A stretch of DNA of 24,066 bases, from the NCBI RefSeq assembly GCF_006345805.1, contig NW_021823608.1, forward strand, positions 1 to 24,066, in the 5' to 3' direction. The notes under the pieces were generated by a model. That model made no database searches. It was not told the origin of the DNA and worked only from the letters and a program-made list of their open reading frames with translations. The translations under genes were made by a program, and so were the position numbers. Of the stretch, positions 10,074 to 19,904 are shown piece after piece (within the stretch, counting starts at the first letter, position 1; every line of letters begins with the position of its first letter). The DNA is from Octopus sinensis (Eukaryota).

Positions 10074-10460
10074 AGAGGAGTTGTTATGAGGGAAAGAATT
10101 GATATGAAGGCAAGTAATGGGCCACAATTCACAGATAAGGAAGTCGTAAAAGAGGTGACAGAGGTTGTAAATAGTTCAATTTGGGAGAGTTTGATCTAAT
10201 AAAATATAATAGTTGGAAGGAGAAATTGAGGAAGGAATATTACAAGATTTGGAAATTAGTGTGTAAATCTCATCTAAATGGGAATAACAAGACTCTGACC
10301 ATTAACACAGATGCCATAACTCTTTTGAGATATATAAGCGATTGTAAAGAGGAATTAAAAAGATTAGGTCAGTCTAGGTATGAAGATTTAAATAGTAGCG
10401 ACTATAAATGGAGATTAAATCCCAGAGGTGGCATTAACAGGATGTATATACCCCACATAA
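10074..10460 (+). pseudogene. Decayed non-LTR retrotransposon RT C-terminal fragment, R4/Dong-like
   Basis: Translation ...EFDLIKYNSWKEKLRKEYYKIWKLVCKSHLNGNNKTLTINTDAITLLRY...EELKRL...LNPRGGINRMYIP resembles the recalled motif string KEYxRRLRxILKSxLNGxNKIxAINTxAxPVLRY...ELxxLD...HPxxDxDRLYLPR. The clade assignment is from memory. Confidence 0.65.
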
Positions 10461-10539
10461 AATCTTTGTGGGAATTAATTGGTCGAGAAAGAAGAAAGCA
10501 TACAGGGTAAGAGAAAAGAATGTATGTAGACAGTGCGTG

Positions 10540-10997
10540 GGTGCAGGTGTGGCTGTGTGGTAAGAAGTCTCCTTCCGAACCACATGGTTCTGCGTTCAGT
10601 CCCAGTTTCTTTACTATAGCCTCAAGCCGACCAAAGCTTTGTGAGTTGAATATATCTATTTCTTTACTACCCACAAGGGGCTAAACACAGAGAGGACAAA
10701 CAAGGACAGACAAACGGATCAAGTCGATTATATCGACCCCAGTGCGTAACTGGTACTTAATTTATCGACCCCGAAAGGATGAAAGGCAAAGTCGACCTCG
10801 GCGGAATTTGAACTCAGAACGCAACGGCAGACGAAATACGGCTACGGCGTGCTAACGTCTCTGCCAGCTCGCCGCCTTTTAAATATATCTGTGTGTGCGT
10901 GTGAGAGCCTGTGTTTGTCTGTGATTGTCCCCCCCACAACCACTTGACAACTGTTGTTGGTGTGTTTACGTCCCTGTAACGTAGCGGTTCGACAAAA
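10540..10997 (+). mobile_element. SINE family A, internally deleted and interrupted by a family B SINE
   Basis: Head GGTGCAGGTGTGGCTGTGTGGTAAG...GTTCAGTCCC (10540-10648) and remainder TTGTCCCCCCACAACCACTTGACAAC...GTAGCGGTTCGACAAAA (10891-10997). Confidence 0.8.
10658..10881 (-). mobile_element. SINE family B nested in family A
   Basis: Reverse complement runs AAAAGGCGGCGAGCTGGCAGA...GAGTTCAAATTCC...GTAGTAAAGAAAT. Direct repeat AATATATCT on both sides (10649-10657, 10882-10890). Confidence 0.92.
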
Positions 10998-11082
10998 TAA
11001 TTATTCAACGGAAATCTCTCGAAGGAGATTCAGTAAAGTGGGAAAGGTACAGATGGTTGAAATAGATAGCATTAGAGTACGT

Positions 11083-11398
11083 ATGTATATCACCGTGATC
11101 ACCGTGACCGAACAGGCTATCAGACGTAGTTACACATCGCTGGTCACAATGCGTTCGCATTGTTTTAGCCTTCGAATGACGCCACCCCGCTGGTTAAGCG
11201 AGCAGGCCAACAGAAGAAAGAGTGAGAGAAAGTTGTGGCGAAAGAGTACAGCAGGGATCACTCCCCCCTACCAGAGCCTCGTGGAGCGTTTAGGTGTTTT
11301 TGCTCAATAAACACTCACAACGCCGTCTAGGATCGAAACCAACCGCGATCCTACGACCGCGAGTACGCTGCCCTAACCACTAGGCCATTGCCTCCACA
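11083..11398 (-). mobile_element. tRNA-derived SINE, family C head with tail type shared with the 20.16 kb element
   Basis: Reverse complement GGAGGCAATGGCCTAGTGGTTAGGGCAGCG (A box). The head and body match the 18.12 kb copy up to the ACTTTCTCTCACTC region, then diverge. Confidence 0.88.
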
Positions 11399-11399
11399 T

Positions 11400-11417
11400 G
11401 TATATGTATATATATTA

Positions 11418-11470
<53 letters not shown>

Positions 11471-11479
11471 TATATATAT

Positions 11480-11521
<42 letters not shown>

Positions 11522-11525
11522 TATA

Positions 11526-11578
<53 letters not shown>

Positions 11579-11603
11579 ATATAATATATATATGTATATA
11601 TAT
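11400..11603. repeat. (TA)n microsatellite, about 200 bp
   Basis: Direct inspection. Confidence 0.97.
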
Positions 11604-11902
11604 GAGGAATAACATGTTACTGGAGACAAAATCCGCAACAAATACTAACGTGATAACATAGAAGTACACACCCCTATTTTGGGCCTCGTTGCTTCATATA
11701 CCTATAATGGATTATATACAGATTAGGGATTTTCAATAAATATCAGCAAATGTTTTTTTTTAGCTGCTTTCTGTTATACAGGATTAGAAGTTTCTGTCTA
11801 CTTTCAAATGACCGTGGTGGTATCTGTTCCTGATGAGGCTAAATTATGCCGAATCTCTGTATCTGTTAGATTTGTCGCACACAAAGTTCCTCTTCAAGTG
11901 TC

Positions 11903-11907
11903 ACACA

Positions 11908-11956
<49 letters not shown>

Positions 11957-12067
11957 CACACACGTACGCAAACACACACACGCACACACACCCACGCACA
12001 CACACACACACACACGCACACACTCACACACACGTACGCAAACACACACACACACACACACACACAC
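11903..12067. repeat. (CA)n microsatellite, imperfect
   Basis: Direct inspection. Confidence 0.96.
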
Positions 12068-12170
12068 TGTATATACATATACATGTTGGGTTCTGTTTTT
12101 CAGGGAACATCTAATTTAATTTCGTTTTTGCATTTTTGTTTTGCAAGATTCTTTATGTGAATTCGTGTGA

Positions 12171-12313
12171 TTTTTTTCCAAAATTTTATGTTGCTTCTTG
12201 TAACTTCTTCAATAGTTGTTGACTCTGCCCCTTATCGGAACGCAGCTCCGATAACAGACAGGGTCAACAACTATTGAAAAGATTGCAAGAAGAAACGAAA
12301 ATTTTAGAAAAAA
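12171..12313. other. Long imperfect inverted repeat (about 68-bp arms, 7-nt loop)
   Basis: TTCAATAGTTGTTGACTCTG (12208-12227) pairs with CAGGGTCAACAACTATTGAA (12259-12278); TTATCGGA pairs with TCCGATAA around loop ACGCAGC; pairing continues outward with a few mismatches and bulges. Confidence 0.85.
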
Positions 12314-12329
12314 CTAAAATTAAATAAAT

Positions 12330-12732
12330 AGGAGTGGCTGTGTGGTAAGTAGCTTGTTTACCAACCACATGGTTCCGGGTTCAGTCCCACTGCGTGGCAC
12401 CTTGGGCAAGTGTCTTCTACTATAGCCTCGGGCTGACCAAACCTTGTGAGGGGATTTTGTTAGACGGAAACTGAAAGCCCGTCGTATATATGTATATATA
12501 TGCGTGTGTGTGTTGGTATGTCTGTGTTGTCCCCCTAGCATTGCTTGACAACCGATGCTGGCGTGTTTATGTCCCCGTTACTTAGCGGTTCGGCAAAAGA
12601 GACCGATAGAATAAGTACTGGGCTTACAAAAGAATAAGTCCCGGTATCGAGTTGCTCGATTAAAGGTGGTGCTCCAGCATGGCCGCAGTCAAATGACTGA
12701 AACAAGTAAAAGAGTAAAAGAGTAAAGAGTAA
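12330..12732 (+). mobile_element. SINE family A, near full length
   Basis: AGGAGTGGCTGTGTGG...GGTTCAGTCCC...GCTCCAGCATGGCCGCAGTC, with tail (AGAGTAAA)n. Confidence 0.93.
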
Positions 12733-13075
12733 GCAAATGAGTGGAAATTGAACCGGTGCGTGTGTTAATTAATAAGGCATCAAAACAGAATGACCCTCCC
12801 CAGACACAACGAAATTTAATTTGTTCAGCAGTCTACTGTGGTCGACTCTGTCGAAAAGCTTTATAGTAGGTGAGATAAATGTATCATAGATTTATCGCTC
12901 TCTTCCAGAGTGAATATGATACCGTAAAAAGGATGGCGTGAGTGTGTAGATATAAACCACCCCTCTCTCTTTCTCTCTCCCATGTATATATATATATAGA
13001 AAGAGAGAAGTGAGAAGGAAAGGGGTAGTGAGAGAGGGTGAACTTATAATACTGGATCAGGAAATCGGTTTAAAC

Positions 13076-13760
13076 CAGTGGTTCTCAACAGAGGTCCATA
13101 TAACCCTTAGGGGCCTACAAAAAATTTTGTTGTCAAGCTTTACCTGAAATAAATTGTTTATGCATTTATAGGCGCAGGAGTGGCTGTGTGGTAAGTAGCT
13201 TGCTTACCAACCACATGGTTCCGGGTTCAGTCCCACTGCGTGGCTCTTGGGCAAGTGTCTTCTGCTATAGCCTCGTGCCGACCCAATGCCTTGTGAGTGA
13301 TTTGGAGAGACGGAAACTGAAAGAGCCTGTCGTATATATGTATATATATATGTATTTGTGTGTATGTTTGCGTGTCTGTGTTTGTCCCCCTAGCATTGCT
13401 TGACAACAGATGCATGCTGGTGTGTTTACGTTCCCGTCACTTAGCGGTTCGGCAAAAAAGACCGATAGGATAAGTACTGGGCTTACAAAGAATAAGTCCC
13501 GGGGTCGATTTGCTCGACTGAAGGCGGTGCTCCAGCATGGCCACAGTCAAATGACTGAAACAAGTAAAAGAGTAAAAGAGTAAAGAGTATAACACAAAAT
13601 AATTTAACAGTTTTTTTTTTTTTAAATACAATTCCTAATAATATTTAATCATAAAAATGTAACAGGATATGTATTTAAACATGGAAGGGTTAATGAGGGC
13701 CCAGTTGAAAAAAATAGGGATCAGAGGGGTCCATTGGTAAAAGTTGGTTGAGAATCACTG
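13076..13760. mobile_element. Non-autonomous hAT (Charlie-like) element interrupted by a family A SINE
   Basis: TIRs CAGTGGTTCTCAAC (13076) and GTTGAGAATCACTG (13747-13760), 13/14 match. Flanking 8-mers GTTTAAAC / GTCGGAAC (5/8, weak TSD). Confidence 0.75.
13171..13588 (+). mobile_element. SINE family A, full length, inserted in the hAT MITE
   Basis: GGCGCAGGAGTGGCTGTGTGG head to (AGAGTAAA)n tail; short TATA duplication at the junctions. Confidence 0.93.
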
Positions 13761-14369
13761 GTCGGAACGCCTTGGGTGAAACACCAACTTTTGCAATACG
13801 ACGAGAATATAGGAGATATAATATAAATACGATATTCATTCTCGTTATGCTCGCGCACACACACACACACAACGCTCAGCAAATTGTCATTAGTTGGAAA
13901 GTATGGCTTAAATGGCGAAATGAAGCAAAGAGGAGATATAAAAACCGATTCAGGAGAAATGGAAGAATATATTAGGTGGATTATGAACGAGAATTAACCA
14001 GAAGCTTATAATTTAAAAAATGACATAGGAATGGCTTGGATGTCAAACTTGTAGTGAAATTTATTGTAAGGAGATCAACATTGTTTGTAATTTCCATATG
14101 CAGCTTATATTTTATATCGCAATTAGTGGCAATAAAATTGCGATTGTCACTTGTTACAGGATTTCAATGGACTTGTGATTGGATCCCATCATTTCCGAAG
14201 GTGAACGTGACATGGCTGTATCTAACTTAATACAGCTTATATAGCAAGAGACTTCGTTTGTAAAGCAAAATCTTTCGGCTTTCTCAACGATGATTATAAC
14301 TTTACTTTCATCAGTACATATCGGTGAAAAATACACATACATACACACGTATATGCGTATATATGTATG

Positions 14370-14394
14370 AGTTCATATATATATCTATATAATA

Positions 14395-14466
<72 letters not shown>

Positions 14467-14470
14467 ATTA
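14370..14470. repeat. (TA)n microsatellite
   Basis: Direct inspection. Confidence 0.96.
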
Positions 14471-14684
14471 TATGTAAATACAATAGATATATTCATCTTT
14501 TGCTGTTTTCTTTCTTATATGTGTATACACACACACATACTATATAAAGAAACCGAAAGAACCGAGGAGAATAAGATTGATATTTTTTACAGCTGTTTCA
14601 CCATTTGCTGTAGGTTACTCTTACTTGAATTCAATGCATAGGTACGCAAAATAGTAATAGACAGTTTCTATATATTATATATAT

Positions 14685-14860
14685 ATATATATAATATAAT
14701 TCGAGACAAAACCACTATTTTAAAACAAACAAGGAAGACTTAATCAATACTAAAATTTAATATTATTTAATTTAATTTATATTAAAATTTTATGGTATTG
14801 ATTAAGTCTTTCCTTGTTTGGTTTTAAATAGTGGTTTTGTCTCGAATTATATTATATATA
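14685..14860. other. Near-perfect palindrome (about 78-bp arms) flanked by TA-rich repeats; probable fold-back/MITE-like element
   Basis: TATAATATAATTCGAGACAAAACCACTATTTTAAAACAAACAAGGAAGACTTAATCAATAC... is the reverse complement of ...GTATTGATTAAGTCTTTCCTTGTTTGGTTTTAAATAGTGGTTTTGTCTCGAATTATATTATA, with only a few indels or substitutions. Confidence 0.85.
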
Positions 14861-14947
14861 TTTTTACTAATAAAATTGGATTTAACCCTAAATCTGATTT
14901 TTCCCTGTAATTTTGATTCATTCCCTATATTTATTATATAATATATA

Positions 14948-14994
<47 letters not shown>

Positions 14995-15079
14995 GTATAT
15001 AACACATTCACAAGATGTGTACACAATTTTGGTAGCAAAACATCTATTACACCCCATGTGTCGCACTGTATTTTGAACT

Positions 15080-15145
15080 CGCAACCACATGATAGCAGGT
15101 TCGATTCCATATCGTGGCATCTTGGCCACATTGTTATGCAATATA
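15080..15145 (+). mobile_element. Highly diverged tRNA-like SINE head fragment
   Basis: GCAACCACATGATAGCAGGTTCGATTCCATATCGTGGCATCTTGG resembles the family A B-box region. Confidence 0.5.
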
Positions 15146-15413
15146 CGAATGGGAGACCATGAGACCAAATATTTTCGTTTCTGAAACGAATAGAGCTCTG
15201 CATAAAATGATCGACCATACAACACTTCGTGGTGGAAAAATTAAAAGCAAAACACACACACACACTCTCTCTCTCTTTCTCACACACACTTTAGGGAAAG
15301 AGAGAGAGCAAGATAAAGAAAGATAGATAGAATGATAAAGAGAGAGAAAGTAAGAAAGAGTAAGAGAGAGAAAGGGAAAGAGAAGAAAGAGAGAGAGAGA
15401 AATATAGAGTGTT

Positions 15414-15545
15414 TTTATCTCTTACTTATTTCAGTCAATGGATTGCGGTCATGCTGGAGCACAACCTTGAGGACTTTATGTCCGGTACTTATTCTATCGT
15501 TCTCTTTACTGAAACCGCTAAGTGACGGGGACATCAACTAACCAG
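15414..15545 (-). mobile_element. SINE family A-related 3' fragment
   Basis: TTTCAGTCAATGGATTGCGGTCATGCTGGAGCAC...GTACTTATTCTATCG...AACCGCTAAGTGACGGGGAC. Confidence 0.8.
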
Positions 15546-15569
15546 TCCTCCTGCGGTGGCGGGCGGCAT

Positions 15570-15749
15570 ATATAAACACAAAGACACATATGCACACATA
15601 TATACCTACACACACACATATATATATACGTATATATATACGTATATAATATACTACTATAATATACGTATATATATTACGTATAAATATACGTATATAT
15701 ATATGTATATATATGTATATATATGTATATATATATATGTATATATATG

Positions 15750-15782
<33 letters not shown>

Positions 15783-15870
15783 GTATATACATGTATTTAT
15801 ATATGTATATATATATGTGTATATATATATGTGTGTGTGTGTTAATATATGTATATGTATATATAAAATA
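15570..15870. repeat. (TA)/(TATG)/(TACG) degenerate microsatellite
   Basis: Direct inspection. Confidence 0.93.
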
Positions 15871-16203
15871 AGCATTCATGTAGAGATACATGCATAGAGT
15901 CGTGCATGCACGTATATATTTATATAGACTGATATACATATACATTCATATATACACGCTCATATGTAAACAAAAATGCAGGAGAAAAACATAAAAGGAA
16001 AAATAAAAAATAAAAAAATACATCGAATAAATAAGAATTCACGATGTTTAAAACTCCACCTGTGCCCACCCCCAATCACCGCCCATAACTACTTCTACCA
16101 AACTTATTGTGAAACTGTCTGAAGATGGCACTGGGCTGAAAGAAAGAATTCACAGCCTGAAAAATGATGAAGAATATAACGAACAGACAGATGGTGGTGG
16201 TTT

Positions 16204-16207
16204 TGAC

Positions 16208-16262
<55 letters not shown>

Positions 16263-16278
16263 GTGATGATGATGATGT

Positions 16279-16315
<37 letters not shown>

Positions 16316-16439
16316 AATTGTGATGATGATGATGATGATGATGATGATTGTGATGATGACGATGATGATTATGATGATGATGATGATGAGATGATGATGA
16401 TGATGATGATTGTGATGATGATGATGATGATGATGATTG

Positions 16440-16470
<31 letters not shown>

Positions 16471-16548
16471 GAAGAAGAAGAAGAAGAAAGAAAAGAAGAA
16501 GAAAAAAAGAAGGAAAAGAAGAAGAAAATAAAGAAGAAAAAGAAGACT
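16204..16548. repeat. (GAT)n then (GAA)n microsatellite
   Basis: Direct inspection; GAT run punctuated by TGT. Confidence 0.96.
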
Positions 16549-17011
16549 TTTATTGGTCAAAGGTGAAAGGTGAAAGGTGAGGCATCCTTTGTGCGGAGCG
16601 ACTCACAGCTAACAAGCATCTTCAAAAGAAATGGTAAAATATTGTCTATGTTATTAGATTATGGCTAATGAAGTCAAACAGACATTCTTGGACAAGTGAA
16701 TTTTCTGAAACTATGAGAGTTTGGTGGAATTAGAGGGGAGGGGGAGAGAGAGGAACATAATGAGTGAAAGCTATAGAAATAGATAAACAGACAGATAGAT
16801 AGACAGGTTGAGGGATATTGAGAGAGAGGGAGAGAGATAGATAGATAGAAAGAGAGAGAAAAGGAGAACGAGGGAGAAGAATTTGAGCGAGCGAAGAGTG
16901 TAATTCTAGCCAATATGGTCATTGACATTTATACCCAGGTATTCACGGGTAGCAGGGTCCTGAATAAGCTGCATGATTGACATATTGATAGGAAGGTAGA
17001 CAGAGAGATAG

Positions 17012-17062
<51 letters not shown>

Positions 17063-17267
17063 ATATATATATATATATAAATATATATACATGTATATAT
17101 ATCTATACATGTGTATATATATGTATATAATAAATCTATATATATATATACATATATAATAGATACATATATATATATAACATGTATGTGTGTGTGTTTA
17201 TCTGTGTGTATACTCATATATATATATATATGTATATATATTTATGTATATATGTAGAAAGGTGTAC

Positions 17268-17305
<38 letters not shown>

Positions 17306-17410
17306 AGAAAGGTGTATATATATAGATGTATATATATATATATATATATATGTACACCTTTCTACATATATCATACATAATATACATCATATATATATAT
17401 ATATATATAT
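17012..17410. repeat. (TA)n-rich region with short unique inserts
   Basis: Direct inspection. Confidence 0.93.
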
Positions 17411-17644
17411 GATAAGAGAGAGAGAGAGGAACGAAGAGAAGAGATAAAAGAGGACACAAGAAATGGAGGGAGAAGGAGAGAGGAGAGAGGAAGAAGGCAT
17501 GAACGAAATTCCTGCTAATTCAAGACTACATGGCAGCTGGCACTTTGGCAAACGTGAACTCAATGTCTCCATCACATTTTTTCTCTGTCTTTTTGCCAGG
17601 AATATTCCTGGATGATGGAAGAAAATCAACTTCAATATTTCCAT

Positions 17645-17646
<2 letters not shown>

Positions 17647-17712
<66 letters not shown>
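17647..17712. repeat. (AAT)n microsatellite
   Basis: Perfect run. Confidence 0.97.
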
Positions 17713-17714
<2 letters not shown>

Positions 17715-18115
17715 TCAACCTCATCTTTTTTCTCCCCGTTCCTTTTGTTCTTTATTCTTCGGAATCCTGATGTTATTAAATTATCATAATCATTATTATT
17801 CACCGAATACGACGCGAACCATGAGCGATCTGCTGCTGTTGGAGTGACTGTGAGAGCACATACAAGATGGCCTGAGGCTTTAGAACAGCAATATTTAAAG
17901 TTAGGCATCACATTGTTCTAAAGTTCAAACTACAGACGTGGTCTTGGTCGACTTTACTTTTTACTGTTCCCCCGATACCTATTCATTTTACTAGTGTTTA
18001 CATAATATATTTTCTTTCTTGCTCTCCTCCTCGAAAGAAAGACGATGTTTTCAGTTCTTTATTTTGTTTTGTTTTTCTATCCCTACGGATGTTTTAACGT
18101 GTGATACAGTGTTGC

Positions 18116-18514
18116 ACCTGTGGAGGCGCAATGGCCCAGTGGTTAGGGCAGCGGACTCGCGGTCGTAGGATCGCGCTTTCGATTCCCAGACTGGGCGTTG
18201 TGAGTGTTTATTGAGCGAAAACACCTAAAAGCTCCACGAGGCTCTGGCAGTGGATGGTGGTGATCCCTGCTGTACTCTTTCACCACAACTTTCTCTCACT
18301 CTTACTTCCTGTTTCTGTTGTACCTGTATTTCAAAGGGCAGGCCTTGTCACTCTCAGTGTCACGTTGAATATCCTCGAGAACTGCGTTAAGGTACACGTG
18401 TCTGTGGAGTGCTCAGCCACTTACACGTTTAATTTCACGAGCAGGCTGTTCCGTTGATCGGATCAACCGGAACCCTCGTCGTCGTAACCGACGGAGTGCT
18501 TCCATCCCATTCCC
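18116..18514 (+). mobile_element. tRNA-derived SINE, family C, full length with TSD
   Basis: GGAGGCGCAATGGCCCAGTGGTTAGGGCAGCG (A box) and TTCGATTCCC (B-box-like). 10-bp direct repeat ACAGTGTTGC at 18106-18115 and 18515-18524. Confidence 0.9.
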
Positions 18515-18659
18515 ACAGTGTTGCTCAGAGGCTGACTGGGTCATAACATAAATCGTAATCGAATCAGAGTCTAAAGATAGGGAAAGAAGGAATGTCTTTT
18601 GCTTAAGACTTAACATGACGAGGGGCATTTTTAGATCACATCAACTAGAACACCAACAA

Positions 18660-18866
18660 TAAAAATGATTTCAAATTATGGCACAAGGCCAGAAAGCACA
18701 AGGGGAGAGGATGAGTCGATTAAATCGACCCCAGTGTACAACTGGTACTTGTTTTATCGACCCTGAAACGATGAAAGGCAAAGTCGTTCTCAGGACGTAG
18801 CGACGGTCGAAATGCAGTTAAGCATTTTGTCGACGCCCTAGCAAATCTGCCAGTTTACCGCCTTAA
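18660..18866 (-). mobile_element. SINE family B, alternative tail, internal deletion
   Basis: TGGCACAAGGCC...GTCGATTAAATCGACCCCAGTGTACAACTGGTAC...GATGAAAGGCAAAGTCG...CTGCCAGTTTACCGCCTT. Confidence 0.85.
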
Positions 18867-18975
18867 CAACAACAGCAATAATGATATTAAGGATTTCTGA
18901 GATTGGTGCAAAAGTGCAGCTGTTGGAATGACGATGGCGGTATAGTAGATTAAATCTTCTCCAGTACTTGATATC

Positions 18976-19380
18976 TCTCTTTCTTTTACTAGTTTCAGTC
19001 ATTTGACTGCGGCCATGCAGGAGCACCGCCTTTTAATCGAGCAACTCGACCCCGGGACTTATTCTTTTGTAAGCCCAGTACTTATTCTATCGGACTCTTT
19101 TGCCGAACCGCTAAGTAACGAGGACATAAACACAACAGCATCGGTTGTCAAGCAATGCTAGGGGGACAAACACACAAACACACACACGCATATATATATA
19201 TATATATATATATACTTATATACGACGGGCTTCTTTCTTGTTCCGTCTACCAAATCCACTCACACACAAGCTTGGTCAGCCCGAGGCTATAGTAGAAGAC
19301 ACTTGCCCAAGGTGCCACGCAGTGGGACTGAACCCGGAACCATGTGTTTGGTAAACAAGCTACTCACCACACAGCCACTC
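18976..19380 (-). mobile_element. SINE family A, near full length
   Basis: Reverse complement from GAGTGGCTGTGTGG through the CAGTCAAATGACTGAAAC tail. Confidence 0.93.
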
Positions 19381-19674
19381 TATCAATCTCTGGAGACTGA
19401 AAAGTAAAAGAGAACCCCGTGGCAATTCTGTATAAAACTAAAATGGCTGTAATTTCGACTCACATTGTTTCGAAAAGAATCTGTCCATTTCTCTCATTAA
19501 CTTTGGTAAATCTTAAATTACATATTTTGTGTATTTGCCACAAAAAACATCAGTATGGCTGAGTGGTCTTCCTTCTGTATTAGGTTGCACAATTCTCCAA
19601 AGTATAAAATCTGATAGGACCTGTTGTTTCTATAAGAAGCATCTAGCAAAGTCAACCATGCTTTGATAATCCTT

Positions 19675-19886
19675 TCTGCTATAGGAACGAGGTCTGAAAG
19701 CTTTGGAGAAGTGGACAGTTGTTTGTATCGATCCCAGTACTTGATTGGTACTTATTTCTTCGACCCCCGAAAAGATGAAAAGCAAAGTCGACCTCGGTGG
19801 AATTTGAACTCAGAACGTAAAGATGGGCGAAATGTCGCTAAGCATTTTGTCCAGCATGTTAACGATTTTACCAGCCCTCCGCCTCC
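19675..19886 (-). mobile_element. SINE family B, diverged, alternative tail
   Basis: GATGAAAAGCAAAGTCGACCTCGGTGGAATTTGAACTCAGAACGTAAAG...CTAAGCATTTTGTCC. Confidence 0.85.
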
Positions 19887-19904
19887 TTCCTTGTCTTGAT
19901 AATA

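Noticed and set aside
9680-10102. PolyQ/polyD/polyT/polyN protein
   Set aside because: The frame is open only because the trinucleotide repeats lack stops; it begins inside a SINE and ends in a LINE remnant.
11782-11900. Candidate exon after a strong acceptor (TTTCTGTTATACAG|G)
   Set aside because: No convincing donor, the open frame runs into (CA)n, and the peptide is unrecognised.
16109-16531. Acidic poly-D protein ORF
   Set aside because: Non-ATG start, and the ORF consists mostly of (GAT)n/(GAA)n microsatellite.
17600-17847. Candidate poly-N exon after a strong acceptor (TTTTGCCAG|G)
   Set aside because: No clear donor, the frame is dominated by an (AAT)n microsatellite, and there is no recognisable similarity.
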